Shown: in pieces, positions 48,986 through 58,187 of the stretch
How positions within the stretch are numbered: the stretch's first letter is position 1
How the letters are laid out: each line of letters begins with the position of its first letter
Source: Chitinophagaceae bacterium
GTDB taxonomy: Bacteria; Bacteroidota; Bacteroidia; Chitinophagales; Chitinophagaceae
Assembly: GCA_016720825.1 (NCBI GenBank)
Contig: JADKJV010000001.1
Span: 140,930 to 204,929 of the forward strand
Length of the DNA stretch: 64,000 nt
Direction: 5' to 3'
Notes under the pieces: model-generated
Databases searched by the model: none
What the model was told of the DNA's origin: nothing
What the model saw: only the letters and a program-made list of their open reading frames with translations
Program-made: the position numbers and the translations under genes

Positions 48986-51109
48986 TCAGGGTTTTATAAA
49001 ATTGTAATAGAAGCCGATATAGATCATCCGGCCCTGTAAATTGGGCAGGTTGGAAATATCCTGGTAATTAAAAAGATTGTCAACACCAGCCTGCATTCTC
49101 AGCATGTTGGTGAACATCGTACCGCCGGAAACATTCACTTGCAAAAAACCTTTGGCAAACTCATCTTGTTTATTATACAATCCGTTGCCGTCAGCATCAC
49201 CTACCGCCCAGGGTGCACGGTAAATAAACCTTGTTGTAAAGAATGTTTTTTTGTTATCCCAGGTAATTTTCAGGTTAGCCATATGCCTGCTGCGGTTAGG
49301 TAATCCTGAATATTCATTCAGTTTGAGGAGGCGGCTGAAACCGTTTTCATCGCGGGTGTAAATGGTTTTTTCGCGGACCGCTTTACGTTCATCTTTATCT
49401 GCAGTGAGCAGGAACTGGTAGCCGGCACTCAACTGCAGGTTTTTAATTCCGCGGTAAGCGATTTCTGTTTCACCGCCTTCTGTCCATGCTTTATTGACAT
49501 TGATATAGCTGAATATCTGTGTGCCGTTGATCCGGGTGGCTACTTCGCGGGAGTCAATCAGGTTTTCAATATCATTCCGGAAGAAATTCAGGCGGATGGA
49601 CGTGTTATCATCGGGCGTATATAAACCACCGAGGTTCAGTCCTGTTGAAAATTCAGGTTTCAGCTGGCTGAGTTTGTAATAATCATCCGTTACTTCTGAA
49701 ATCTGTCCTTCTGTTTTCAGTTTGGCAATGATGGTCTGTGCATCAATGGTGCCGAATACTGAATAACCACCGGCTGCAGTATTAGTGAAATTCAGGAAGA
49801 GTTGCCTGAAATCAGGGGCTTTAAATCCGCGGCCTGCTGAAAAGTTGATTTTAAAGCGGGGGCTGATTTTATAATTCACGGCAAACTTGGGACTGATGGC
49901 ACCATCAAATAATTTGTTGTTATCATAACGAAGACCTGCAATCACGGTCAGTCCGCTGAAAGGCCTCCACTCCTGCTGGGCATACCCAAAGAAAATATTG
50001 TTTTGCTTACGGCTTTTCAGGTCATCGTAACGGGTGCTGTTCACTTCATCGATGGCATAACCGGCGCCGAATGTGAGTGAAGATTTTTTCCAGTTCACAT
50101 CCGTTTGGTTTTCGGCCCGGAAAAAACGCTGGCGGAATTCATCGAGGTACACACTGTCGGGTTTCTCCACAAAATGCAGTTCCTGGCGGCCGAGGTATTT
50201 AATAGCATACAAACGGAGTGACGTGCTGACGCGTGCATTCACTTTATGGGCAATCACTGCATTCAGGCTGGCATCCCGGTTGATTTCATTACCGTATGAG
50301 TTTGTGATGGCACCATTATTACTGACTGCAAATGCCTGTTTGAGATTATCATCAGACATGCGTGCAGAAACGGTAAGATTTGTTTTTATGGTCAGCGGGT
50401 AAGTCAGTTGCAGCTGGTTGCTTAAACGGGTTACCGGTTGGGGGATCCTGTCGTTGGAATAAGGACGGATACTGATCAGATCAGCGAAGTTGGCATTACT
50501 GAAAAACCGGATACCTAATTTATGAATGGTGGTTGCGGCCTGCAATGTTGCTTCTGTATTCTGGAAAGCGCTGGATGAAAAAGGCAGAACAAATCCTTTA
50601 TCCGGGTTACCGAAACCATAACGGATACTTGCTTCCAGTTTGCTGGCGGCAGATTTATCTGTAATAATATTTACAACACCGGCCATTGCTTCGGAACCAT
50701 ATAAAGAGGAAGAAGGGCCTTTAACGATTTCAATCTTTTTGATATTCCCTGCAGAAATCCGGTTCAGGTCAAGCACACCCGCTGTACGTCCCACCACCGG
50801 TTCACCATCTACCAGTATTAATGTATAGTCCGGGTTAAATCCCTGCATTTGTAATCCGGCACCAAATCCGTTTGTAATAAATATACCAGCCTGTTCACCT
50901 AAAATATCTTTCAGTCTTTGTGATCCCGCCTGGCGGATTGTTTGCTGGCTGATTATCGAAACAGGAACTGCTACATTACCAAGTTTTCTTTCCGTGCGGG
51001 TAGCAGTAACCACCACTTCACTGAGTTCTTTGGAGAACAATGTATCCTGTTGTGCGAACAGTTGAGAAACTGTAACCAGTAAACAAACCGTTGTGATAAT
51101 TTTTTTCAT
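48986..51109 (-). CDS. TonB-dependent outer-membrane receptor
   Basis: 707 aa with a signal peptide, a plug domain (EVVVTATRTE...IEIVKGPSSSLYGSEAMAGVVNIIT) and a C-terminal ...IYIGFYYNF barrel end. Confidence 0.9.
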   Translation of the reverse strand: MKKIITTVCLLVTVSQLFAQQDTLFSKELSEVVVTATRTERKLGNVAVPVSIISQQTIRQAGSQRLKDILGEQAGIFITNGFGAGLQMQGFNPDYTLILVDGEPVVGRTAGVLDLNRISAGNIKKIEIVKGPSSSLYGSEAMAGVVNIITDKSAASKLEASIRYGFGNPDKGFVLPFSSSAFQNTEATLQAATTIHKLGIRFFSNANFADLISIRPYSNDRIPQPVTRLSNQLQLTYPLTIKTNLTVSARMSDDNLKQAFAVSNNGAITNSYGNEINRDASLNAVIAHKVNARVSTSLRLYAIKYLGRQELHFVEKPDSVYLDEFRQRFFRAENQTDVNWKKSSLTFGAGYAIDEVNSTRYDDLKSRKQNNIFFGYAQQEWRPFSGLTVIAGLRYDNNKLFDGAISPKFAVNYKISPRFKINFSAGRGFKAPDFRQLFLNFTNTAAGGYSVFGTIDAQTIIAKLKTEGQISEVTDDYYKLSQLKPEFSTGLNLGGLYTPDDNTSIRLNFFRNDIENLIDSREVATRINGTQIFSYINVNKAWTEGGETEIAYRGIKNLQLSAGYQFLLTADKDERKAVREKTIYTRDENGFSRLLKLNEYSGLPNRSRHMANLKITWDNKKTFFTTRFIYRAPWAVGDADGNGLYNKQDEFAKGFLQVNVSGGTMFTNMLRMQAGVDNLFNYQDISNLPNLQGRMIYIGFYYNFIKP

Positions 51110-51290
51110 CTTTTTGATTTCTGACGCAAAGATTTATCTGCGATCAAGAAGAAATATCACAGGTTTGTCACGAAAGATGTTGCAACAATAGTTTTACAAA
51201 GCAGTGACTTCCAGCGTGAGTTGATCAGTAGGACAACTGATGGAAATCATGTAGCGGTGGTGTGGATGATGAGTTAAATCATGAATTGAT

Positions 51291-51336
51291 GTTGGAGGAT
51301 GAGAGTTGGAGGTTAGAGGTTGGAAGTTGGAGGTTG
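51291..51336. repeat. GTTGGAG-type tandem heptamers (~6.5 units), left arm of intergenic element C
   Basis: Units: gttggag gatgaga gttggag gttagag gttggaa gttggag gttg. Positions 51316-51336 are identical to 31662-31682. Confidence 0.9.
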
Positions 51337-51531
51337 TTTCTGCTGTTCGAAGATTTCTGATTTGTTGGAATGTTTCTTCAATCTGAAACTTTCCGAAGTA
51401 ATTGATATTTCCGCTTACCCGCGGACTTTATGAGATTTCAATTCAGGAAAGAAATTACAAACTGAAAGAACATTCCAACTCTCCAACAATCCAACAATCC
51501 AACGATATAGTACTTTTCGATCTTTCGGGTT

Positions 51532-51566
51532 CAACCTCCAACCTCCAACCTCCAACTTCCAACCCT
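51532..51566. repeat. CAACCTC-type tandem heptamers (5 units), right arm of element C
   Basis: Units: caacctc caacctc caacctc caacttc caaccct. Positions 51546-51564 are the exact reverse complement of 51318-51336. Confidence 0.9.
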
Positions 51567-51661
51567 GAAGCAGATCTCTTAGATCGCTTCAGGGTAACCC
51601 TATAACAAAGGAAGGCCCTCCTGTCAGGAGAGCCTTCGCTACTAACCGGTCTTTCAGTGTA

Positions 51662-53220
51662 TTAATTCGTATAAAGATGACCCGCGTTGATCCAGTTCGT
51701 GATCGCTGTTTTTTCAGCGGTTGTTAACTTGGGCTGCGGTGATTTGGGCATGTTGTTTCCGGTTACTGATGAACTCCTGATTTTGCTCCAGTCGGATACA
51801 ATACTGCAATCATTGTCAAAATTGTAACCAGCTGCATTGCCGCCGTTCATGTGGCAACCAGAGCCGCTGCAACGTGTAGTGATAATTGTTTTTACAGCTG
51901 CAAAGAGCGGGCCTGCTGCGGCTGTTGGAACGGAGGTTGTATTGTTGCCAATACAGCCATTCTGGTCCTTTGCACTGATTGTATAGTTACCACCAACAAG
52001 TGAAGAGAACACATTAGATGCCTGGTATACGCCACCATTGAGGCTATAGGTAAATCCTGTAGACCCAGCAGCAGTAATCGTGATCTTACCTGAAGCAGGT
52101 GTTAGACAGGGTGTATAGTTTACTGTTGCCGCTGATAATGTTATTGTGACATTGTTACATGGGCTCACTCCTGTAAGTGTGATCTGGCCTGTACCCAGGC
52201 ATCCTGCGCTGCTTTTGCAGTAACAGTATATGTACCCGCAGCCAGTGCACTGAAAACATTGCTGGTATAGTAAGCACCGCCATTCAAACTATATGTAAAC
52301 CCGGTTGCACCACTGGCAGTAGCTGTAATTGATCCGTTTGACTGATTCAATGCAGGATCTGTTTTAGCCAGCGTTACTGTTACTGTTACACCGGCACATG
52401 GATTCGTTGCACCAAGTGCCACAGATGCAGAACCGGTACAACCAGCCGCTGTTTTCGCTGTAACAGTATAATTTCCTGTTGCAAGTCCGCTGAATACATT
52501 ACTGGCCTGGAATGCACCGCTGTTCAGGCTGTAAGTATAACCACCGGTACCACCTGTGGCGGTTGCAGTAATAGAACCGTTCGACAATCCGGTACCAGGA
52601 TTAACCTGTGTTGTTGTAACTGCGATCGTAACACCTGCACAGGGATTTGTATTTCCAACTGTCACCAATGCCACACCGGAACATCCGTTGGCATTCTTAG
52701 CCGTAATAGTATAGTTGCCAGGGGCGAGGTTACTGAATGTACCAGAAGCCTGGTAATTGACTCCATTAATACTATAAGTAAATCCGGTTCCGCCTGTAGC
52801 TGACGCTGTAATGGAACCATTGCTTTGTCCGTTTAGTGCGGAAGTTGGTGTAGCCGTTACTGCAACTGTAACTCCTGCACAGGGATCATTTACATTAATT
52901 GATATTTGCGCAGTATCCGTACAACCCCAGCTGTTTTTCACAACCAGGTTATACGTTTGAAAAGGCTGCAGGCTGGCGAAGTAGCCAGTATCCTGGAATG
53001 CACTCCCGTTCAAACTGTACCTGAAATCAGTTCCACCTACTGTTGTGGCGGAAATGGTTCCGTTATTCTGGCCACCGGTTGCATCTGTCTTGTTCACCGT
53101 CATGGTGATTGTGTTTGTCAGACAGGGATCGCCGCCGGGAATTTCGTGCCGGCATGAGCCGAGTGCAAGTAAGAGGGCAAATACTACCACCGGAACCTGC
53201 ACCATTAATTTTTGCTTCAT
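51662..53220 (-). pseudogene. Lipoprotein with five SprB-like ~79-aa repeats and a C-terminal heme-c-like domain; frame broken in the A/T run near 52213-52216 (one nucleotide missing)
   Basis: ORF 52165..53220 has a lipoprotein signal ...LALGSC followed by repeats such as NPCAGVT..NGSITATATGGTG.TYSLN...GNYTVTAK..GC. ORF 51662..52168 carries a fifth repeat, then RCSGSGCHMNGG...TAITNWINAG. The pieces join as ...TVTAK|SSAGCLGTGQITLTGVSPCNN. Span is 1559 nt, which is 3n+2. Confidence 0.75.
51928..53130 (-). repeat. Five tandem ~237-bp coding repeats (SprB-like domains)
   Basis: The periodicity is read from the translated repeats. Each unit starts (D/N/S)PC and ends ...GC.G. Confidence 0.8.
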
Positions 53221-53301
53221 GAGTTGGATTTTAGTTGTTGATTTAATTCTTGTTTTAGTCTTCCTTTAAACTGTGGTGGCAGTTTTATTCAGGATATTAA
53301 A

Positions 53302-54201
53302 TTATTCTGTTTTCTTTTTCTTGATCTGGAATACACGGGATAGGTTAAAGCCAAAGCGTATTTCACCTTTCAGCAGATCGCCTGTTGTTTCAGTGATAAA
53401 TGCTTTTTCATTCATTCCTGTTGCATTGGTGAAATGCAGTTGGAAAACGTGCCCGCCGGTTTCAATATCAAAACCGATACCTACCGGATTCTTGTAATTA
53501 TAATCAGTCAGCGGGTTGAGCACATAGAAATAATCCCATGTTAAAGAGATCCTTCTTGACAAACGAAGTCTTCCGCCGATACCTGCTGCATATATATTAT
53601 TCGAATCAGCAGCCAGTTTGATCAGGTTTTTATGAATCACAGTTGGTGTTACCTGCAGGGAAAGCCCGTCGGTAACTCTTCCACCAATTACAGCCTGGAA
53701 AAAATAACCGAGCCTTGAAGTGAAAAAGTTTTTCCGTGAAGGATCGGCCCAGTCAGTACCCGTCATAGTAATTCCTGATACAAAAGCAATGGTAACGGGG
53801 AATGCTCCCTTACCGGTGCTCTGCTGGAAAGGTGCATATTTGAAATAAGCATCCAGTTCTTTATTGAAAGTACTCCTGCCGATACCAACCTGCAGGTTTT
53901 TCATGATACCGAAATCAAATCCCATCCGCATGCTGGCCTGGTCAAGACCAAAGAAATTCTTGTATCCCTGGTTGAGTTGTCCAAAGCGGTGAAGGATCCT
54001 GAAATCCATAGTACCGGGGCGGAGGAATTCAACCGACTGCCCCATGATCACACGTGGTGATTTGAAAGCATTTTTCACGATTTCCTTTTTCGGTTTGTCA
54101 GGACCCAGGAGTTTCAGCAGGTCTTCATCCTGCGCCTGGATGCCTGAACTGATCAGGACAACCGTAAAACATGCTGCTATATATTTGAAATATTTTGCCA
54201 T
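53302..54201 (-). CDS. Outer-membrane barrel protein (DUF5777-like)
   Basis: 299 aa with a signal peptide (…GIQAQ). Contains FRILHRFG and GHVFQLHFTN motifs and a terminal ...RFGFNLSRVF. The family assignment is from memory of the motif pattern. Confidence 0.6.
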   Translation of the reverse strand: MAKYFKYIAACFTVVLISSGIQAQDEDLLKLLGPDKPKKEIVKNAFKSPRVIMGQSVEFLRPGTMDFRILHRFGQLNQGYKNFFGLDQASMRMGFDFGIMKNLQVGIGRSTFNKELDAYFKYAPFQQSTGKGAFPVTIAFVSGITMTGTDWADPSRKNFFTSRLGYFFQAVIGGRVTDGLSLQVTPTVIHKNLIKLAADSNNIYAAGIGGRLRLSRRISLTWDYFYVLNPLTDYNYKNPVGIGFDIETGGHVFQLHFTNATGMNEKAFITETTGDLLKGEIRFGFNLSRVFQIKKKKTE

Positions 54202-54216
54202 AGTGGTGGTAGTTTA

Positions 54217-54777
54217 TCAGCCTTTGAATAATTCCAGCGAACAGTTCACATTAATAGAAGCAATCTTGGCCACTTTATCAGAAACCAGTCCGGGAATAGA
54301 AATTTTATAATCTTCGAGTTTAACCGGGAAATCGGCCACAGCACTGATCTTGCCGCCCTGGATAACAATTTTGCCATCCACTGTTACATCGTGGGTTTCA
54401 CCATGGATCGTCATTTTGCCGGTCACCTTTACTGCATACGTGCCGTCTTTGGTATAGTCAACCGCTGCATTATTGGTAATGGTTCCCTTGAATTCAGCAC
54501 GGGGGTATTTATCACTCTCCACATAATTCTCGTTGAAATGTTCTTCCATCAGTGCCCTTTCAAATTCAAATCCTTTCATCAGCGCTACAAACTGAAGTGC
54601 ACCTGATTTTGTATCAATCACACAGGTTGCTGTGCGGTTAACACCAGTCACTTTCTCGGGAGAAGATGGCGTTGTAGCATTAAAAGTTATTTTACCGGCC
54701 TTGGTAAAATATTTCTGGCTTTGTGCACCCGTGAAGAGCATGAGCCCCAGGGTAAGCATGAATAATCGGTTTTTCAT
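54217..54777 (-). CDS. YceI-family periplasmic protein
   Basis: 186 aa with a signal peptide. Contains the F.A..P.....G........ID..SG and MTIHGETHDV pattern of YceI. Confidence 0.85.
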   Translation of the reverse strand: MKNRLFMLTLGLMLFTGAQSQKYFTKAGKITFNATTPSSPEKVTGVNRTATCVIDTKSGALQFVALMKGFEFERALMEEHFNENYVESDKYPRAEFKGTITNNAAVDYTKDGTYAVKVTGKMTIHGETHDVTVDGKIVIQGGKISAVADFPVKLEDYKISIPGLVSDKVAKIASINVNCSLELFKG

Positions 54778-54803
54778 TGTACTTGCGTTTTGTTGGTGAG
54801 TGT

Positions 54804-55259
54804 TTATTTGTTTTTGTCTAATACTGATCTTACAAGGATCACATCTGATCCCAGCATTTCATCCGGGTTAAAACCGGAACAGATGCCTTTCATGGCGATT
54901 GTTTCACCGCGTTTCAGTCCGGCAGCTTCCTGGTTATGTACGCTGTCCATACTCAGCCTGACGGATGATAATGAACTTGTATCACCCAGCACTACAGAAT
55001 AAAATCCTGCTTCATCTTTGATGAGTTCCTTCACCATGCCTTCTACTTTCAGTACTTTATCCCAGTACTTGCTGTTGGAGGCAGCTTCATTTTTTTCAAA
55101 TTCGCTGATCAGGGCTGTGGCCTGAACGGTATAAGCAGGTTTTATTTTCGCTGTATCCTTGTGGGTGCGGTAAAATTCCTTGTAGAAATAAAAGCCCACA
55201 CCGGCCAGGACTAACACTGCGACGCCTGCTATGCGCCAAATGATTTTTTTCTTTCTCAT
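54804..55259 (-). CDS. Membrane-anchored OB-fold (tRNA_anti-like) protein
   Basis: 151 aa with an N-terminal TM anchor, then FEKNEAASNSKYWDKVLKVEGMV...GICSGF, typical of the tRNA_anti-like OB family. Confidence 0.65.
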   Translation of the reverse strand: MRKKKIIWRIAGVAVLVLAGVGFYFYKEFYRTHKDTAKIKPAYTVQATALISEFEKNEAASNSKYWDKVLKVEGMVKELIKDEAGFYSVVLGDTSSLSSVRLSMDSVHNQEAAGLKRGETIAMKGICSGFNPDEMLGSDVILVRSVLDKNK

Positions 55260-55276
55260 ACTGGTGGTTTTAAATG

Positions 55277-55657
55277 TTAATTATTAAGCATGCCGGAATT
55301 AATCCATTTCCGGATAACTGCCAATTGACAATCCGTCATTTTAGAAGTGCCTTCAGGCATTGGAACATAACCGGATGCATGGTCAATACTGCCCCAGAGT
55401 TTACCGTTCAGGGCAATGGCCTTGTCAGACGCATACGTTCCCATCTGTATATTACCGGAAGGGGTATTACCTGCATGGCAATTGTAACAGAGGTTCGTAA
55501 AAATGGGGACTACCTTTTGGGTGTACGAAACTGTACCTGTAGAATCAGTGCATCCCGCACTGCTGTTGGCATAGAGCAACTGCTCTTTATCATAATAACA
55601 GGATTGGATTCCGGCCATGAGTCCGCAGGCCAGTAAGACAATGAGAAATCTGCTCAT
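55277..55657 (-). CDS. Small lipoprotein with CXXCH heme-c-binding motif
   Basis: 126 aa with a lipoprotein signal (...AGIQSC). Contains VVPIFTNLCYNCHAG...MP...IRKWINSG. The domain is paralogous to the C-terminus of 51662..53220. Confidence 0.7.
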   Translation of the reverse strand: MSRFLIVLLACGLMAGIQSCYYDKEQLLYANSSAGCTDSTGTVSYTQKVVPIFTNLCYNCHAGNTPSGNIQMGTYASDKAIALNGKLWGSIDHASGYVPMPEGTSKMTDCQLAVIRKWINSGMLNN

Positions 55658-55784
55658 AGGTATAATTATTATAGATGTATGCCAGTTTACTCCTGTTCAC
55701 CATGCATACAGGTATGCTGGTTTACGGGACGACTGGTCCGTTAAAAAATCTTGTTCAACTCAGGTGAAATGGGGGGAACGTGGT

Positions 55785-56174
55785 TCAGGCTGCTTTTGGA
55801 GGCTGTAAATATAGATTCACATGCTCTGAAGCTTTACGCTGCGGTATATAAGTGCTTATTGCAGCTACTGGAATGGGATAGTTATTTATAACGTGTTCAG
55901 CAACTTCAATTTTGGCAACGACAAAACCAACATGGTTTTGCTGCTGGTGTCTGAAGGGGAGTTTTCGGTCGAGGTTATCGTCGGAACTGGTTCCGTCGTC
56001 ACCGCCATAGTGCTGTTCCAGGAAAGTAAAAAATCCTAGATCCGGATTAATTTCCCGGTGCTGGAAATAATGCGATAACAACTTGGGCATGCTAAGTAAC
56101 TGACTGAGTTCAGTATGAGCAATAATATGTATTGCCAGGAGCCCTATCGTGTATATTTTACGCACCAGTGACAC
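55785..56174 (-). CDS. Hypothetical small membrane protein with His-rich motifs
   Basis: 129-aa ORF with a GTG start. An ATG-initiated upstream piece lies in another frame, so the start is uncertain. One TM helix, then LLSHYFQHRE...FLEQHYGGDDG...KLPFRH. Confidence 0.4.
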   Translation of the reverse strand: MSLVRKIYTIGLLAIHIIAHTELSQLLSMPKLLSHYFQHREINPDLGFFTFLEQHYGGDDGTSSDDNLDRKLPFRHQQQNHVGFVVAKIEVAEHVINNYPIPVAAISTYIPQRKASEHVNLYLQPPKAA

Positions 56175-56263
56175 AAATAAACAAATATGATGCCATAGTG
56201 AGGCAACCTTTTGCCAAAAAAATCGATCTGGCGGGTAAAATTTGAGTACTTGTTCCCGGTCAA

Positions 56264-57250
56264 CTACGCTGAATTACGAAGCAGGAGTTCGCAGGGTTTT
56301 AACCCGGTGTGCTTTTTAAAAGCAGTGGAAAAATGCGAAATGGAAGAATAACCCAGTAACATAGATACTTCAGTGACACTGAGGCCCTTTTCGTATAACA
56401 GGTACTTAGCGTGTTCCATGCGCTGGCTCTGGTAAAAATCGAAAACCGTAGTGCCAAACATTTCCCGGAAACCTTTTTTCAGGTAACATTCATTGATGGC
56501 TACTTTCCGGCTTAGTTCTTTTATGGTGATGGGTTCACCAATATGTTGTACGAGGATTTCGCGTGCCTTTGTAATCTTCTCACGGTCAGCCTCATTGGCT
56601 AAAAACTTGCAGTTGATCGTATCAATTTGTTTTTCACCAAGCATACAATCCAGGCTGTATAACAACAGCATCTGGGTCTGGGCATTGATGAAAATATTTT
56701 CGAGACTGTCAGAATAAGAATGATTCAGCAGGTTTTCCAGCACCATCCTGGTCTTACCACACAGCGGCAGGCTTTTGCTGAAAGTCGAACCATGTTTGAA
56801 ATTCAGGATATCATCCGTCAGCGCTGTTTCACTTTTGCGGGGTTTGATATACTGGCTGAGCTGGGCAGGGGAAAAACGGAAACTCACCAGATCCAGGCTA
56901 TCCATTCTTTCCGTACAATTTTTAGATGCCCCGAATTGACACATATCACATTCAGTATCTTTTTTCCGGCAGTATACATTCCCGCTCACACAAAACTGGA
57001 GCTCCAGGTAATTGGCTGCAGGCTCGCTTTTTACGTAGTGATAGGTAATCATGCCCCTGTCCTCCATATTCCACATTGCATTGCGGTGGAAACGGCGGAT
57101 GGAATACTGCACTGAGTTAGGTATCTGCTGTTGCTTTTCCTGTAAAAGCACCAGTTCACCCTGCATCATGTTTTGCGGTAAAACCATGTTTAATATGTCC
57201 GGGGTAGTATGCACGAAAGACAAATTTACTGATAAGGGGTCATTTTTCAC
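56264..57250 (-). CDS. AraC-family transcriptional regulator
   Basis: 328 aa with a C-terminal double HTH (ITIKELSRKVAINECYLKKGFREMFG...LLGYSSISHFSTAFKKHTG) and an N-terminal ~200-aa putative ligand domain. Confidence 0.9.
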   Translation of the reverse strand: MKNDPLSVNLSFVHTTPDILNMVLPQNMMQGELVLLQEKQQQIPNSVQYSIRRFHRNAMWNMEDRGMITYHYVKSEPAANYLELQFCVSGNVYCRKKDTECDMCQFGASKNCTERMDSLDLVSFRFSPAQLSQYIKPRKSETALTDDILNFKHGSTFSKSLPLCGKTRMVLENLLNHSYSDSLENIFINAQTQMLLLYSLDCMLGEKQIDTINCKFLANEADREKITKAREILVQHIGEPITIKELSRKVAINECYLKKGFREMFGTTVFDFYQSQRMEHAKYLLYEKGLSVTEVSMLLGYSSISHFSTAFKKHTGLKPCELLLRNSA

Positions 57251-57335
57251 TGTCCAAAACTGCTCAAAACCGCTGCCTGCCTGAGTTTTAACAAACTATG
57301 ACCAAAAAAAGTTCAATTTTTAGCCGTAACAATTA

Positions 57336-57370
57336 CCTTTGCCTCGTTCCGCCAAAGGCGGAATTTTTTT
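57336..57370 (+). promoter_or_regulatory. Terminator-like hairpin with an overlapping alternative hairpin in the lpxA leader
   Basis: TTCCGCC-aaa-GGCGGAA (57347-57363) is followed by T7 and ends 10 nt before the lpxA ATG. The alternative pairing CCTTTG (57336-41) / CAAAGG (57353-58) overlaps it. Confidence 0.35.
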
Positions 57371-57379
57371 AAAACATCC

Positions 57380-58187
57380 ATGATTCATCCCCACACATAC
57401 ATTCACCCAAACGCACGTTTGGCTACCAACGTGAAGATTGACCCATTTACCGTGATCCACCAGGACGTGGAAATCGGTGATGGCACCTGGGTGGGTTCCA
57501 ATGTAACAATTATGGAAGGCGCCCGGATTGGCAAGAACTGCAGGGATTTTCCTTGGTGCAGTTATCGCAGCTATTCCACAGGATCTTAAATTCCAGGGCG
57601 AGTACTCCAATGTTTACATTGGCGATGGCACAACAATCCGTGAATTTGTAACGATCAACCGGGGTACCAAAGACCGGGATAAGACAGAAGTTGGCAAGAA
57701 CTGCCTGATCATGGCTTATTGCCACCTGGCACACGACTGCTTTGTGGGTGATAACTGCATCATGAGCAATAACACACAGGTGGCTGGTCACGTTACGATT
57801 GGTGACTGGGTGATCCTGGGTGGTATGACTGCCGTACACCAGTATGCCAAAATCGGTTCGCATGCTTTTGTCAGTGGCGGATCACTGGTCAGTAAAGATG
57901 TACCTCCTTATATCAAAGCCGGCCGTACACCGCTGAGTTATGCAGGTGTTAACTCAATTGGTTTAAAACGCCGGGGCTTCAGCATTGAAAGAATCAACCA
58001 TATCCTGGATATCTACCGCGTGTTATACAACAAAGGCATGAACACGAGCCAGGCGGTTGAATATATCGAAGAAGAAATGCCGGCCACCGATGAACGCGAT
58101 GAAATCGTAACCTTTATCCGGGAAAGCGGTAGAGGTATCATTAAACGTTTCACCAAAGGCAATAATGATGACGATCTCCCTATCTGA
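57380..58187 (+). pseudogene. lpxA: Acyl-ACP--UDP-N-acetylglucosamine O-acyltransferase; frame broken at the G run 57543-57545 (one extra nucleotide)
   Basis: ORFs 57380..57589 and 57528..58187 join as ...GARIGKNCR|IFLGAVIAAIPQDLKF.... Hexapeptide repeats run throughout. Span is 808 nt, which is 3n+1. Confidence 0.9.

Noticed and set aside
51110-51290. Possible cobalamin or other riboswitch in the long leader of the TonB-dependent receptor / HmuY-like operon
   Set aside because: Reading the minus strand, I find no B12-box-like AGCCAGGAGAC element, no GCCACTG core, and none of the conserved GGGAA / GGTG stems. Only a weak 'gtcactgc' resemblance is present.
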